Assembly: GCA_018238155.1 (NCBI GenBank)
Contig: JABCTZ010000007.1
Coordinates: 32,001 to 96,000, forward strand
Reading direction: 5' to 3'
Source of the DNA: Candidatus Heimdallarchaeota archaeon
GTDB taxonomy: Archaea; Asgardarchaeota; Heimdallarchaeia; JABLTI01
Length of the DNA: 64,000 nt
Within the stretch, counting starts at the first letter, position 1. Each line of letters begins with the position of its first letter. A program made the translations under genes and the position numbers. The notes under the pieces were generated by a model. The model was given only the letters and a program-made list of their open reading frames with translations, had not been told where the DNA came from and did no database searches. Shown in pieces: positions 20,852 to 31,730 of this stretch.

Positions 20852-22687
20852 TTATTTTGGTATTTTGATTTTTCGTTCTTCGGCTATTCTAATAGCTTTG
20901 TCATAACCTGAATCTACATGTCTTGCAACACCAGTTCCAGGATCAATAGTAAGGACTCTTTGAAGTCTCTTAGCTCTTTCTGGAGTGCCATCAGCTACAA
21001 CAACCATACCCGCATGTAATGATTTACCAATTCCAACTCCACCACCATGATGGAATGAAACCCAACTAGCTCCATTTATTCCATTGAGTGCAAAATTAAT
21101 TAGAGGCCAATCTGCAATAGCATCACTACCATCTTTCATACCTTCGGTTTCTCTGCTTGGCGAAGCAACAGAACCACAATCGAGATGATCTCTGCCAATA
21201 ACAACAGGTGCAGTTACTGTTCCATCTTTAATCAGATCATTAATAATCAAACCAAATTTCGCTCGTTCACCATATCCTAACCAGCAAATTCTTGTAGGTA
21301 ATCCCAAAATAGGTACTTTTTCTCTAACACGATCAATCCATCGCGTGAGTGGTTTATCATCTGAGAATGTGGAGAGTAAAGCATCGTCAATAGCAGATAG
21401 ATCTTTAGCGTTACCTGATAGACAAGCCCATCTGAATGGTCCTTTTCCTTCACAGAATAATGGTCGAACATATTTCAGAACAAATCCTGGAAATGCATAT
21501 CCGCCTTGCTCATTTCGAACAGATGTTAAACCGATTTTCTTAAGATGTTGCTTAAGATCAGCTACATCTTCTCCTGTCATATTATTTGCCAGAGGAGCTC
21601 TATTATTAACCATTTCAAGAGCGAGTTCTACTTGATTTCTAATAGCATTACCATAATCGAAAACAATAGCTCCTTTTGTTTGCATATCGATCATTGCTTT
21701 AACATGTGAAGCCATTGCTTTGAAAGACTCACGTACATATTCTCCTTCTCTTATTTTCACACCACTATCTAGCAATTCAGTGTAATTCTTATCATAACCA
21801 ATAGGGACATATTTCTTTACTTCGTGAGCACTTGTTTGATCTGTAACTATATCTGGAATAATACCTCTTTTTACTAATTCTGGATGCGTTTCAGCTGCAT
21901 TGCCAACTAAACCAATTGAGAGCGGTTCTTTCTTCTTCTTTGCTTCTAATGCCCATTCAATTGCTTCATCAAGACTAGTGGTTAATCTATCACAATAGTC
22001 TTCTTCTACTTTACGAGCAATTTCTGCCTTATTAACTTCAACATCGAGAATAACAGCATCATTCAATGTTGCAGCCATTGGTTGTGCACCAGACATAGCT
22101 CCCATACCTCCAGTTAGAATAAATTTCCCGGCTAAAGAATCTGAATTGAAATCCATCTTTCCAGAAGCAGCAAAGCTCTCATAGGTTCCTTGAAGAATTC
22201 CTTGAGTGCCGATGTATATCCAACTACCTGCGGTCATTTGCCCATACATCATGAGTCCCAAACGATCCAAATCATCAAAACAATCTTGAGTAGCCCAATT
22301 GCCCACTAAATTTGAATTAGCAATAATTACTCGAGGTGCTTCAGTATGAGTTGGAGCTATATAGACTGCTTTTCCGGATTGAACACAGAGTGTCTCATCC
22401 GGTTCGAGTTCTTTTAATGCTCTAACGATTTTATGAAACTCTTTCCAATTTCGGGCTGCTCTACCTGAGCCTCCATAAACAATTAATTCTTCCCAATTTC
22501 GCGCAACTTTCGGATTGAGATTATTATAAAGCATTCTGAGAGCCGCTTCTGCATCCCAAGTTTTACATTGAAGAATTTCATCACTTTCATCTGCTTTAAG
22601 TGGTTTCTCGGGTTTCAAATCCATATACATGGGGCGATCATAAACTTCGATTTCCTTCTTTAGATCCGTCAAATTAAGTAACTCCAA
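20852..22687 (-). CDS. hutU: Urocanate hydratase
   Basis: [40 protein letters not shown]. Confidence 0.97.
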   Translation of the reverse strand: MELLNLTDLKKEIEVYDRPMYMDLKPEKPLKADESDEILQCKTWDAEAALRMLYNNLNPKVARNWEELIVYGGSGRAARNWKEFHKIVRALKELEPDETLCVQSGKAVYIAPTHTEAPRVIIANSNLVGNWATQDCFDDLDRLGLMMYGQMTAGSWIYIGTQGILQGTYESFAASGKMDFNSDSLAGKFILTGGMGAMSGAQPMAATLNDAVILDVEVNKAEIARKVEEDYCDRLTTSLDEAIEWALEAKKKKEPLSIGLVGNAAETHPELVKRGIIPDIVTDQTSAHEVKKYVPIGYDKNYTELLDSGVKIREGEYVRESFKAMASHVKAMIDMQTKGAIVFDYGNAIRNQVELALEMVNNRAPLANNMTGEDVADLKQHLKKIGLTSVRNEQGGYAFPGFVLKYVRPLFCEGKGPFRWACLSGNAKDLSAIDDALLSTFSDDKPLTRWIDRVREKVPILGLPTRICWLGYGERAKFGLIINDLIKDGTVTAPVVIGRDHLDCGSVASPSRETEGMKDGSDAIADWPLINFALNGINGASWVSFHHGGGVGIGKSLHAGMVVVADGTPERAKRLQRVLTIDPGTGVARHVDSGYDKAIRIAEERKIKIPK

Positions 22688-22827
22688 TCGGTTTCATTCT
22701 CTACTGTGTGGAATCTTATGTCTACTTTAGATTTTTTAAATCTATGTTATATTTTTTTCTATCTTTTAAAGGAAATCTATTAAAAGAGCTTTCCCTTGAA
22801 GGACATATTCATTAAATAGGAGAGTAT

Positions 22828-24120
22828 ATGTTGTCCTCCAACAAGAGTGATTTTAATAAAGAAATTCCCGATTTAGTAATTTTACATGCAAATGAATTGG
22901 TTACTATGCACTCTAAATTTGGTGCCCCACGAGTTGGTAAGGCAATGAGTGAATTAGCCATTATTGAAGATGGGGCAATCGCCATTAAAAATGATAAGAT
23001 AATTTTCGTTGGTACCTCGGATGATTTTCTGAAGAAAATGAAAATTGGAAATCAAACAATAGTTATTGATGCTACTGGTAAATTGGTTGCTCCTGGGTTT
23101 GTGGATCCACATGTTCACCTTATTTTTTCTGGTTCTCGGGAAAATGAGCTATCAATGAAACTTGCCGGTAAAACATATTTAGAAATTCTCGAATCAGGTG
23201 GAGGAATTCTGAAAACTGTTAGAGCGACAAGAAAAGCATCAATTGAGGATTTAGTAAAAAATGGCATAAGTATACTTGATAAAATGCTTCAACATGGAAC
23301 TACTACTGTAGAAGCAAAATCTGGTTATGGCTTATCAGTTGATGCCGAAATAAAATCACTCAAAGCAATCAAGGAATTGGATAAACAACATCCTATAGAT
23401 TTGGTAGCTACTTTTCTTGGAGCTCATGCTATACCACCTGAGTATAAAGAAAGAACGGATGAATATGTTGATTTGATTATCAATGAAATGCTTCCAAAAA
23501 TAGAAGAACAAAATCTGGCTGAATTTTGCGATGTTTTTTGTGAAAAGGGTATGTTTTCAATAGAACAAACTCGAAAAATATTACTTGCTGCTAAAAAGCG
23601 CAACATAAAACCCGTTATCCATATAGATGAAATAGTTGATACAAATGGAGCTGCTCTTGCTGCAGAATTACATGCTATTCAAACCGGACATTTGCTTCAG
23701 TCAAATGATGAAGGTTTGAAAGCAATGGCTAAAGAAAAAATTATTGCTACCCTATTACCAGGAACTCCATTTTGTTTAATGATGAAAGATTATGCGCCTG
23801 CAAGGAAGATGATTGAATATGGTATACCGGTTGCTATTGCTACAGATCTTAATCCAAATTGTTGGACTGAATCTATGTTAATGGTAATAGTTCTTTCTTG
23901 TTATAACATGAAAATGTCTCCCGCTGAAGCATTGACCGCTGCAACAATTAATGCTGCATGTGCAATTCAGAGGGAAAGTACAGTTGGTAGTTTGGAAGTT
24001 GGTAAAAAAGCTGATATAGTAATTTTTGATGTTGCAAATCATTTCTTCTTATCATACCAGTTTGGAGTAAACCTTGTATCCAAAGTTATCAAAAATGGTT
24101 TAATAGTTATTGAAAATTGA
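22828..24120 (+). CDS. hutI: Imidazolonepropionase
   Basis: PGFVDPHVH, EAKSGYGL, FLGAH, DVFCEKG, ATDLNP. Confidence 0.95.
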   Translation: MLSSNKSDFNKEIPDLVILHANELVTMHSKFGAPRVGKAMSELAIIEDGAIAIKNDKIIFVGTSDDFLKKMKIGNQTIVIDATGKLVAPGFVDPHVHLIFSGSRENELSMKLAGKTYLEILESGGGILKTVRATRKASIEDLVKNGISILDKMLQHGTTTVEAKSGYGLSVDAEIKSLKAIKELDKQHPIDLVATFLGAHAIPPEYKERTDEYVDLIINEMLPKIEEQNLAEFCDVFCEKGMFSIEQTRKILLAAKKRNIKPVIHIDEIVDTNGAALAAELHAIQTGHLLQSNDEGLKAMAKEKIIATLLPGTPFCLMMKDYAPARKMIEYGIPVAIATDLNPNCWTESMLMVIVLSCYNMKMSPAEALTAATINAACAIQRESTVGSLEVGKKADIVIFDVANHFFLSYQFGVNLVSKVIKNGLIVIEN

Positions 24121-24151
24121 AAAAAAAATCTGTTGCGAGTCATAACTCGCA
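24120..24151. terminator. Hairpin between convergent hutI and ftcd
   Basis: TGCGAGT-CATA-ACTCGCA at 24134-24151 with an adjacent A-tract (U-tract on the minus strand). Confidence 0.55.
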
Positions 24152-24167
24152 TAATCTATTATTAGAC

Positions 24168-25082
24168 TTAAAAATCGAAATAGTGTTCGATTAAGTGTTC
24201 TTCTTTCAAGTGTTTAGGATTGTTTATTTGAAGATAATACTCGAGAGAATTTAGCACTGATTCTAAAGGAATTGGTCCAACAAGTTCAGTTCCTACAACT
24301 GATACACCATATCTTGCAGCTTCAATCCGAACAAGTTCTAACTGTCTATACATTGGTGTTTTCTTAAAATTGATATTGCTGATCCCAACTTGAACATAAT
24401 CCTTACCTTCAATTGCTGTGCCCATAGCTTTGATGTTAACTAATCCACCTGAAGCAAGGTGCACTCTTCGAGCTACTCTTTTAGCAACTTTGACATCTGT
24501 AGTTCCTAAATTGATGTTTAAACAAACCAAAGCCATTCTTGCTCCTGTAACTGTTGCGCCACCTTTTGGATGGAATTTAGAAGGGCCAAAATCAGGCTTG
24601 TGATCTGAATTTGTTTTGATAGTTTCGCGTAATCCTTCGTAATCTCCGACTCGAATATTATCAATATTTCGACGCTCTGGTCTTGTAGCAGCTTCTTCAT
24701 AGAGATATATTGGAACACCTTCCGCAGCCATAGCTTTTGCATATTTCTTGGAAAGTTCAATACATTCTTCCATTGAAACATTCTGAGCAGGTACAAATGG
24801 CACTACATCAGTTGCACCAATGCGTGGATGTTGACCTTTGTGTTTAGTCATATCGATTAATTCAAGAGCCTTCTTTGATGCAGCGATATTTGCTTGTAAT
24901 ACTGCTTCTGGTTCACCAACGAATGTAATTACCGCTCGATTATAATCACTATCATATTGTATATCGATGATGTTTGTTTTTGGTGTTTTTCTTATTTCAT
25001 CGACAATTGCTTCAACGACTTTTCCATCTGATCCTTCACTATAATTTGGAACTGATTCAACAATTTTCCTTTTTTTATCCAA
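24168..25082 (-). CDS. ftcd: Glutamate formimidoyltransferase (FTCD N-terminal part)
   Basis: ESVPNYSEG, HKGQHPRIGATDVVPFVP, GAR, ELVG. Confidence 0.93.
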   Translation of the reverse strand: MDKKRKIVESVPNYSEGSDGKVVEAIVDEIRKTPKTNIIDIQYDSDYNRAVITFVGEPEAVLQANIAASKKALELIDMTKHKGQHPRIGATDVVPFVPAQNVSMEECIELSKKYAKAMAAEGVPIYLYEEAATRPERRNIDNIRVGDYEGLRETIKTNSDHKPDFGPSKFHPKGGATVTGARMALVCLNINLGTTDVKVAKRVARRVHLASGGLVNIKAMGTAIEGKDYVQVGISNINFKKTPMYRQLELVRIEAARYGVSVVGTELVGPIPLESVLNSLEYYLQINNPKHLKEEHLIEHYFDF

Positions 25083-25280
25083 GAAAATCTCCTCAAAATT
25101 TTGCTCTATTACCTTTCATTCAAGATTCACTCTTTTAATACGTTATTATCCGATTGCTATCCAAAAAGAAAAAAAAATAAAAAACCTAACTTTCTTGCAT
25201 GTAATATTCAAAAAATCTAATGAAGTGATTTTGACTTTAATTTAGTTAATATTGAATTAAGTAGTTTAATAGTTAAAATA

Positions 25281-25514
25281 TTGCAAGATTCAACAGTTAT
25301 TGATTGGATTACCAAAGATAACATCTTGATTTTCAACTGGTTAATTATTATGGCTCCAGTATCTGTTATTGATTATATTATTGTCCATGAATTGTGTCAT
25401 CTAAAATATCCTAATCATTCAGAGAACTTTTGGAAAGAAGTAGCTGTTTTTTGTCTAGACTTTCAAAAAAGAAGAGATTGGTTGAGAATAAGAGGACTTG
25501 AATTATCATTTTAG
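25281..25514 (+). pseudogene. C-terminal remnant of a YgjP/DUF45 zinc metallopeptidase
   Basis: FNWLIIMAP..VIDYIIVHELCHL..PNHS..FW; the N-terminal two-thirds are absent. Confidence 0.7.
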
Positions 25515-25877
25515 ATAACAATTAATTTTCTACTCTTTACATAAGATCTATGAACAATAATTTGAAATAACGGTAAATTATTGGTTAACTAAAAGCATTT
25601 ATAAATGATTAGACTTCAAATTTAAAACAAGGAGTTTTTTTGGCATTAACTGCCGTAATCTCTTACTGTGGATAAAATCACATTTTAGAAAAGATTTCCA
25701 ATAGTAAATTCATCTCTTCAATAGAGAAAAAATTTAAACAAACACAACGAAAATTAAGGTCAATACAAGAATATTACTAATGGTCGCCAAGAAAGCTTTG
25801 TTTTAAAATAGTACACACGGAAAAAAACTATCTCTGTTGTAAATAAAAAAACTACTTTGTAATGAGAGAGAAAAAAA

Positions 25878-27791
25878 ATGCTAATTAGTCAAGAAACATT
25901 GGATGAAATTAAATCGAAAATTCTAGCGAAAACACCTCCATCTGCAGATATTTCTGAAATTGAATTTGAGGGCCCTGAAGTAGCCGTTTATTCTCGCAAT
26001 CCTCAGATACTCGTTGATAATGGTGAACTTGTTAAAAATTTAGCTAAGGATTTACGTAAACGTATTGTTATTCGCTCTGATCCTTCTGTTCGTATGAAGG
26101 AAGAGAAAGCTAAAACTATTGTTGAAAAGCTTGTTCCTAAGGAAGCTGAAGTAACCTCGATTCAATTTGATTCCAACATTGGCGAAATTCTGATAGAAGC
26201 TGTTAAACCTGGTCTTGTAATTGGAAAAAGTGGTGAAACTTTACGAAAAATAACTTCGGAGACATTCTGGAGACCTAGTGTTTCAAGAACTCCACCTTTA
26301 GACTCACGTATCGTTAAAACAGTGAGAAATATTCTTTTTACTGAAAGTGAGGCGCGCAAAAAGATATTGAGAAAAATAGGTCGGAGAATACACCGAAAGC
26401 AAATGTTTGAAACGAATTGGGTTCGAATCACATCTTTAGGTGGTTATCGAGAAGTAGGTAGAAGTGCAACTCTATTACGAACTCCTGAAAGTAACATCTT
26501 AATTGATTGTGGTGTAAATGTCGGTCGTAATTCATCAAAGGAAATGTTTCCAAGATTGGATGCTTTGGAATTTTCTATTGAGAATTTGGATGCTGTTGTT
26601 ATTACACATGCTCATCTTGATCACAGTGGCTTCTTACCATACCTTTTCAAATATGGATATGAAGGTCCTGTTTATACAACAAAAGCAACAAGCAATTTAA
26701 TGACACTACTACAAATCGATTATTTGGATGTAGCTAAAAAAGAAGGAAAGCTTCTTCCATATATGCAAAAAGATGTTAAAAAAACTGTTCTTCATACTAT
26801 TCCATTAAATTATGGAGAAGTTACTGATATCTCACCCGACATCCGTTTAACACTTCATAATGCAGGACACATTTTGGGATCAGCAATAGTGCATTTACAT
26901 ATTGGTAATGGACTTTACAATATGGCTGTTGCTCAAGATTTTAAATATCGTCAAACTAATCTACTAGATTCTGCTGTTTCAAAATTCCCACGATTGGAAG
27001 CACTCTTCATGGAATCCACTTATGGAAACCCTCAGGATACAATGCCTTCCAATAAAGAAGCTGAAACTCATATTAGGAATGTTATTAGTACCACCTTAGA
27101 GAGAGGTGGAAAAGTACTGATCCCAGTTTTAGCAGTAGGGCGTGCTCAAGAGTTACAAATTGTTATAGAATCATTGATTGCAAAGAAATTGGTACCTGCT
27201 GTACCCGTTTATCTAGATGGTATGATTTCTGAGGCTTCAGCTGTAACAACTTGCCACCCTGAATATCTTAGCCGAAAGCTTCGCGAGAAAATATTCCATA
27301 TCGGTCAAAACCCATTCTTAGCTGAATGCTTCCATAGAGTACAAGGAAGAGATGAAAGAAAACAAATCATTGGTGGTGATCCTTGTATTATTCTTGCAAC
27401 CAGTGGTATGTTAACTGGTGGTCCTTCTGTTGAGTATTTTGAGAAACTCTCAGGTGATTCCAAGAATTCCATTCTTTTCGTTTCTTATCAAGGTGAAGGT
27501 TCACTTGGTAGAAAAGTACAGAAAAATGTCAATGAAATTACCCTTATGGAAAAAGGACATGCACGTATGTTAAAAATAAATATGGAAGTTCACACCATCA
27601 TAGGTTTCTCGGGTCATAGTGATAGAAAAGAGCTTTTGAATTACGCTCGCAAAGTGAATCCTCGACCAGAAAAAATCTTTCTAATACATGGAGAGAAAAG
27701 TAAATGTATCTCTTTAGCATCAACATTGCACAAAATGCTCAAGGTGGAAACAAAAGCACCTGAAGTACTAGAAACATTGAGATTATGCTAG
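25878..27791 (+). CDS. fttA: Beta-CASP ribonuclease aCPSF1 (termination factor FttA)
   Basis: N-terminal KH domains, THAHLDHSG, AGHILGS, ESTYG, FSGHSD, HGE. Confidence 0.96.
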   Translation: MLISQETLDEIKSKILAKTPPSADISEIEFEGPEVAVYSRNPQILVDNGELVKNLAKDLRKRIVIRSDPSVRMKEEKAKTIVEKLVPKEAEVTSIQFDSNIGEILIEAVKPGLVIGKSGETLRKITSETFWRPSVSRTPPLDSRIVKTVRNILFTESEARKKILRKIGRRIHRKQMFETNWVRITSLGGYREVGRSATLLRTPESNILIDCGVNVGRNSSKEMFPRLDALEFSIENLDAVVITHAHLDHSGFLPYLFKYGYEGPVYTTKATSNLMTLLQIDYLDVAKKEGKLLPYMQKDVKKTVLHTIPLNYGEVTDISPDIRLTLHNAGHILGSAIVHLHIGNGLYNMAVAQDFKYRQTNLLDSAVSKFPRLEALFMESTYGNPQDTMPSNKEAETHIRNVISTTLERGGKVLIPVLAVGRAQELQIVIESLIAKKLVPAVPVYLDGMISEASAVTTCHPEYLSRKLREKIFHIGQNPFLAECFHRVQGRDERKQIIGGDPCIILATSGMLTGGPSVEYFEKLSGDSKNSILFVSYQGEGSLGRKVQKNVNEITLMEKGHARMLKINMEVHTIIGFSGHSDRKELLNYARKVNPRPEKIFLIHGEKSKCISLASTLHKMLKVETKAPEVLETLRLC

Positions 27792-28004
27792 ATTTAGCAA
27801 GGTTACGTTGAAGGTTTTTCTTTTAACATTAACCTCATCCCCTTTTTTATTTGGTTGTGTAACTATCCTTCTTTTAAATGAGTTTGATAGAAAATAAGTT
27901 TGTGTAGAGTTTTAAACAACAGATGTGGATATACTGGAATGTTTTCGTTTTTTACTGGAAGTTCTAGAGAACCTACAAGGACAAAATATCAATCTTCATA
28001 TTTG

Positions 28005-28490
28005 TTATAGCTTGATTTTCCATATCTCATCATTTACGAAATGAATATTTTTTATCGCTTTACCTCTTTTCATGTTATGGATTTCACTTCCATCAAAAAG
28101 TAATTCTCCAATAGCAAGTGCTTTACTAAAATTCTCGTCGATGATCATAATTATTGTTCCAGCTTTTAGCTCATCTGATATTTGGGTTATACCTGGAGCC
28201 ATTATATCTGCTCCATTAGTAACATATGGTACCGCACCCATATCCACAGTTACAGAAGGCAATTTAATTAATCCTTCATTGAGCACACGAAGGCTAGGAA
28301 ATATTCTGTCCCCAATTTTAAAGGCTAAAATTTTTTTATTTTCAGCATAAAATTCACCTATATCTGATACCACTAATTCTGCGCCCTTCTCAAATAAAGA
28401 ATCAACTTCATCCCCTAGAACTATCTTTAGTTTCTCTTTGAGTTCCTTGAAATCCTTTTTTCTCATTGCATGTCTACGAGTAATTTCCAA
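28005..28490 (-). CDS. PUA-domain RNA-binding protein (MCT-1/Tma20-like)
   Basis: VTVDMGAVPYVTNGADIMAPGI ... GKAIKNIHFVND. Confidence 0.9.
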   Translation of the reverse strand: MEITRRHAMRKKDFKELKEKLKIVLGDEVDSLFEKGAELVVSDIGEFYAENKKILAFKIGDRIFPSLRVLNEGLIKLPSVTVDMGAVPYVTNGADIMAPGITQISDELKAGTIIMIIDENFSKALAIGELLFDGSEIHNMKRGKAIKNIHFVNDEIWKIKL

Positions 28491-28717
28491 AACAAAGCAT
28501 CCTTAACTATTCTTTTGGAAATTTCTTCTGATTATTCTTTATTCTTTTGGCAACATTGAGCAAATTTCTTTCTTTGAGTTTATTGCCCAAGTAATCAAAG
28601 ATTATACTTTCGTTCAAAATCAAGTAAGATTGAATATTGAAGAAAGCATTTAAAAACCAATAACTTTCATTGAAAGTACAGATTGTTCTAATCTTATATT
28701 TCTTGGAGAACAGTAAA

Positions 28718-28984
28718 ATGAGCAAACAGCAACCAGAAAGACGCTTAAGTAAAGATAGACCTATGGATCTTCTTTCAATGTCACTTGGAGGAATCGTCTT
28801 AGTGAAATTGAAAGGTGGACGCCAATTAAGAGGTAAATTGAAGAATTACGATCCACATCTAAATCTGACTTTAGAAGATGCCGAGGAAATCCTAGAAAGC
28901 GGAAACAATTCCTTAGGAACAATCATCTTACGTGGCGATAATGTTATAATCATCAGCCCACCTCCATCAGTAGACAAGAAATAG
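28718..28984 (+). CDS. lsm: Sm-like archaeal protein (Lsm/SmAP1)
   Basis: Sm1 VKLKGGRQLRGKLKNYDPHLNLTLEDAEE and Sm2 ILRGDNV. Confidence 0.95.
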   Translation: MSKQQPERRLSKDRPMDLLSMSLGGIVLVKLKGGRQLRGKLKNYDPHLNLTLEDAEEILESGNNSLGTIILRGDNVIIISPPPSVDKK

Positions 28985-29312
28985 AAACAAGAGAATATAA
29001 GCAAAGATGACTCTTTATTTTCATCTAAGCTTTTTCTTTCTATAGAGCTTTTTCAAATGTAGCCGATTCAAAGAATTTTCTTATATTACTCTATTACATA
29101 TGATTTTTCTTATCTTCTTTCTATCTATATGTAATTTCAAGATGAATTCTAAGACGTTTATATCAAAATTGACTCAATTTGAATTTGTTAAAATCTCATA
29201 CCCGTTTTTTTATAAATAAAATCAATTTTATATAGTCAAGAATCAGAAAACAGAATGATAAGAAAAGAAAATATTAGGGAAAATCTTTCCCTTAAAAAAT
29301 AAATATTTGAAA

Positions 29313-30263
29313 CTATGGATCAGCTACTTCCATAATTGTTTGTATTTCTGTTGAAGTAGTCTCTGAGGAAATAAATGAATATTTCTGAGGTTTTGTCTTC
29401 TTTTTATCTATGGATTTTACAATCCAAGCTTTTCCTCTTATAGCTTTCTTTAACCAATCTGGAAGAATCCAACCAAGATAAGCAAGAACTACTATAACAA
29501 TATTACATAGAATTCTAATCAAGTTCATGCCAACAACGAGAACACCATTACTTGTTATTACTTCTTGTGTAAATGTAACCGTTACTGCTCGTTCAAGTAG
29601 GATAAAAATGACTGCAACCAAAATAAGAGTGACTCCAGTTCTTGCCACTTTCTCCTTTAAATTTTTGCGAATAATTATTAACCTGTAAAAAACTCTTGCA
29701 AAGATGAACAAAATAATTGGAATGAAAAATAGTGCTGTAACCACATTGGGTATAAACTGATATGTATTAGTTCCTGAATAAATAACATATTGAATCATTC
29801 CATCTTGATTGAGTCCCCATCCTTGGGATCCATCGGCAATGAATTCACTTACTAATTCTGAAAACATTAATCCTGCTAAAATTCCCAAAAGTAGTGTCAA
29901 TAATATTGATATTGATGATTTTACGATATCATTATCTCGCAATATGTGACGGTTTGCAAAGAAATAGAAGAAAATGAAGCTAGTAAGATTTAGTGCAATA
30001 GAACCTATCTGGAAAAACCCATGAACTAGAACCGAATTATTTCCAAATATCATAGATGCATTTATCCAAGAACCCGCATTGGTCAATATATTTGCAAGAA
30101 TAAACATTCCAAAAAATAATAGTAATAGACCTGTTCCAACAGTTCTTTTTTTGATATAGTTTCTAATAAGAACACCAAAAAAGACGATGAAAAAAGTAGT
30201 TGCAAGAACACCTGAAATTAAGTAAAACCAGCCTGCATTTGTTAAACCTTCAAAAGCAACCAT
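29313..30263 (-). CDS. Seven-transmembrane protein with a C-terminal amphipathic helix
   Basis: 7 hydrophobic segments ending LAYLGWILPDWLKKAI; ATG 30263 lies directly after the GTPase stop. Confidence 0.75.
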   Translation of the reverse strand: MVAFEGLTNAGWFYLISGVLATTFFIVFFGVLIRNYIKKRTVGTGLLLLFFGMFILANILTNAGSWINASMIFGNNSVLVHGFFQIGSIALNLTSFIFFYFFANRHILRDNDIVKSSISILLTLLLGILAGLMFSELVSEFIADGSQGWGLNQDGMIQYVIYSGTNTYQFIPNVVTALFFIPIILFIFARVFYRLIIIRKNLKEKVARTGVTLILVAVIFILLERAVTVTFTQEVITSNGVLVVGMNLIRILCNIVIVVLAYLGWILPDWLKKAIRGKAWIVKSIDKKKTKPQKYSFISSETTSTEIQTIMEVADP

Positions 30264-30264
30264 A

Positions 30265-30801
30265 TTATCGTTCCTCCATTTTATCTCTAAACCAACTGAA
30301 CGACTCGATAATTCCATCTCCAGTTTTAGCAGATGTTTCAAAGACCGCCCATTCAATTTCATGTTCTGTTTCCATTAAACCAAAATTCTTTACCAACTCA
30401 ACTTGACTAATTCGATCTGGTAAATCTTTTTTGTTTAACAAAAGTAGAACAGGGATTTTTCCACCAATTTGTTTATCTAAAATGTTATAAAAAATAGCTT
30501 TTGTTTCATCAAAACGTAAATGGTCAATGCTATCAATAACATAAATCAGAGCATCTGTTTTCTCATTTATTTCTTGCCATATTGGGCGAAAATCCTCTTG
30601 TCCCCCCATATCGAAGATATTTATTTGAAGCCGAGGGAAATTAATGACTTCTCGATTGACCCCCATCGTTGGTGTTGTTTCCTTGAATTCTCCATGAACC
30701 AAGTAATTTATTATTGCCGTTTTCCCAGCTTTGTCAAGACCACAGATGGTAACTGTCACAGGTTTAGTTTTTTTTCTAAATAAATTAAGTAAAAAAGACA
30801 T
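30265..30801 (-). CDS. Arf/Arl-family small GTPase
   Basis: N-terminal amphipathic MSFLLNLFRK; G1 GLDKAGKT, G2 PTMG, G3 DMGGQ, G4 NKKD, G5 TSAK. Confidence 0.93.
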   Translation of the reverse strand: MSFLLNLFRKKTKPVTVTICGLDKAGKTAIINYLVHGEFKETTPTMGVNREVINFPRLQINIFDMGGQEDFRPIWQEINEKTDALIYVIDSIDHLRFDETKAIFYNILDKQIGGKIPVLLLLNKKDLPDRISQVELVKNFGLMETEHEIEWAVFETSAKTGDGIIESFSWFRDKMEER

Positions 30802-30817
30802 TTAACTTACCTCAGCT

Positions 30818-31318
30818 TTATTTCCAGAGATCGTTTTGCATAGACTCAGTAAATGCTTGACCAGGATCCTTTTCATCTTTTGCTTCGCTTGTGAAATCAA
30901 AATCCAATGTTACTATTGAGCTAATTTTTATTTTGACCTTTTTTTTACTTAACCCTTCATATAAATGTGGCAATATTTTTGTTATCATTTCAATATTGTC
31001 AATTTGATTCTTTTTTAACTCAGTAATTGTAAATAAGAAAAATTTTCGGATGTCTTCTCGTTTGTAATCTGGTCCATCAAATATTGCTATTAGGGAAGCA
31101 ATATTTCTTCTATCTGTTCCTGGCAAACTAAATATATAGCTTTCAAAAATACATCTGTCTGCTGTACTTGATGAAAAATCTCCTTCTTTTGAGCTCATAG
31201 GCATACTTTTCAATACTATTTGATTTAAAGTGCTTTCTGGAACACCTTTTGGGTGAACCTTAACTAATTCCAAGCCATTTTTTCCCATTTGTACTAAACA
31301 CAAACTAATTGGTTTCAT
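30818..31318 (-). CDS. Hypothetical protein with a possible uDENN/longin-like fold
   Basis: Pattern of beta-beta(HP)-helix(KSMP)-beta-beta-beta-helix judged by eye. Confidence 0.45.
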   Translation of the reverse strand: MKPISLCLVQMGKNGLELVKVHPKGVPESTLNQIVLKSMPMSSKEGDFSSSTADRCIFESYIFSLPGTDRRNIASLIAIFDGPDYKREDIRKFFLFTITELKKNQIDNIEMITKILPHLYEGLSKKKVKIKISSIVTLDFDFTSEAKDEKDPGQAFTESMQNDLWK

Positions 31319-31730
31319 TCGTTTTTCCTCGAGAATTCATAGGTGCATAATAGAATGTTTTTGTCGCTAAAAACAATCACTTCATTTATGTTTTTCTCAT
31401 ATATATACATAGCAGTTTCTGCAAAATTTTATCTTCACTGTATTTAATTAAAAGCATTCATTTTTATGTCGAAAAAGAACAATATTGGCTAAATAACAAT
31501 TCAATTTATTGTTGGAACGAAACACAGATTAATTATTTTTCTAAGAAACAGTATTCAAAGTCTTTCGTTATTTTTCAGTGAAATGTAAATAAAGTCCGAT
31601 AACCTTCATTTGAAAGATAGCTAACAGCTAGTTTTTTTATGTAATCTCTCTGAGAGAAGATATTTTTTTAAATGGCTTCATTAGGATTCATTAACATAAC
31701 AATAGTCAAAAATAAGAATATAACAATCAA

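Noticed and set aside
28507-28725. 72-aa minus-strand ORF between the PUA gene and lsm
   Set aside because: It lies in a divergent promoter region, overlaps the lsm start and has no recognisable motif.
29313-30263. Microbial rhodopsin
   Set aside because: No Lys-containing DxxxK-type motif is visible in the seventh helix.
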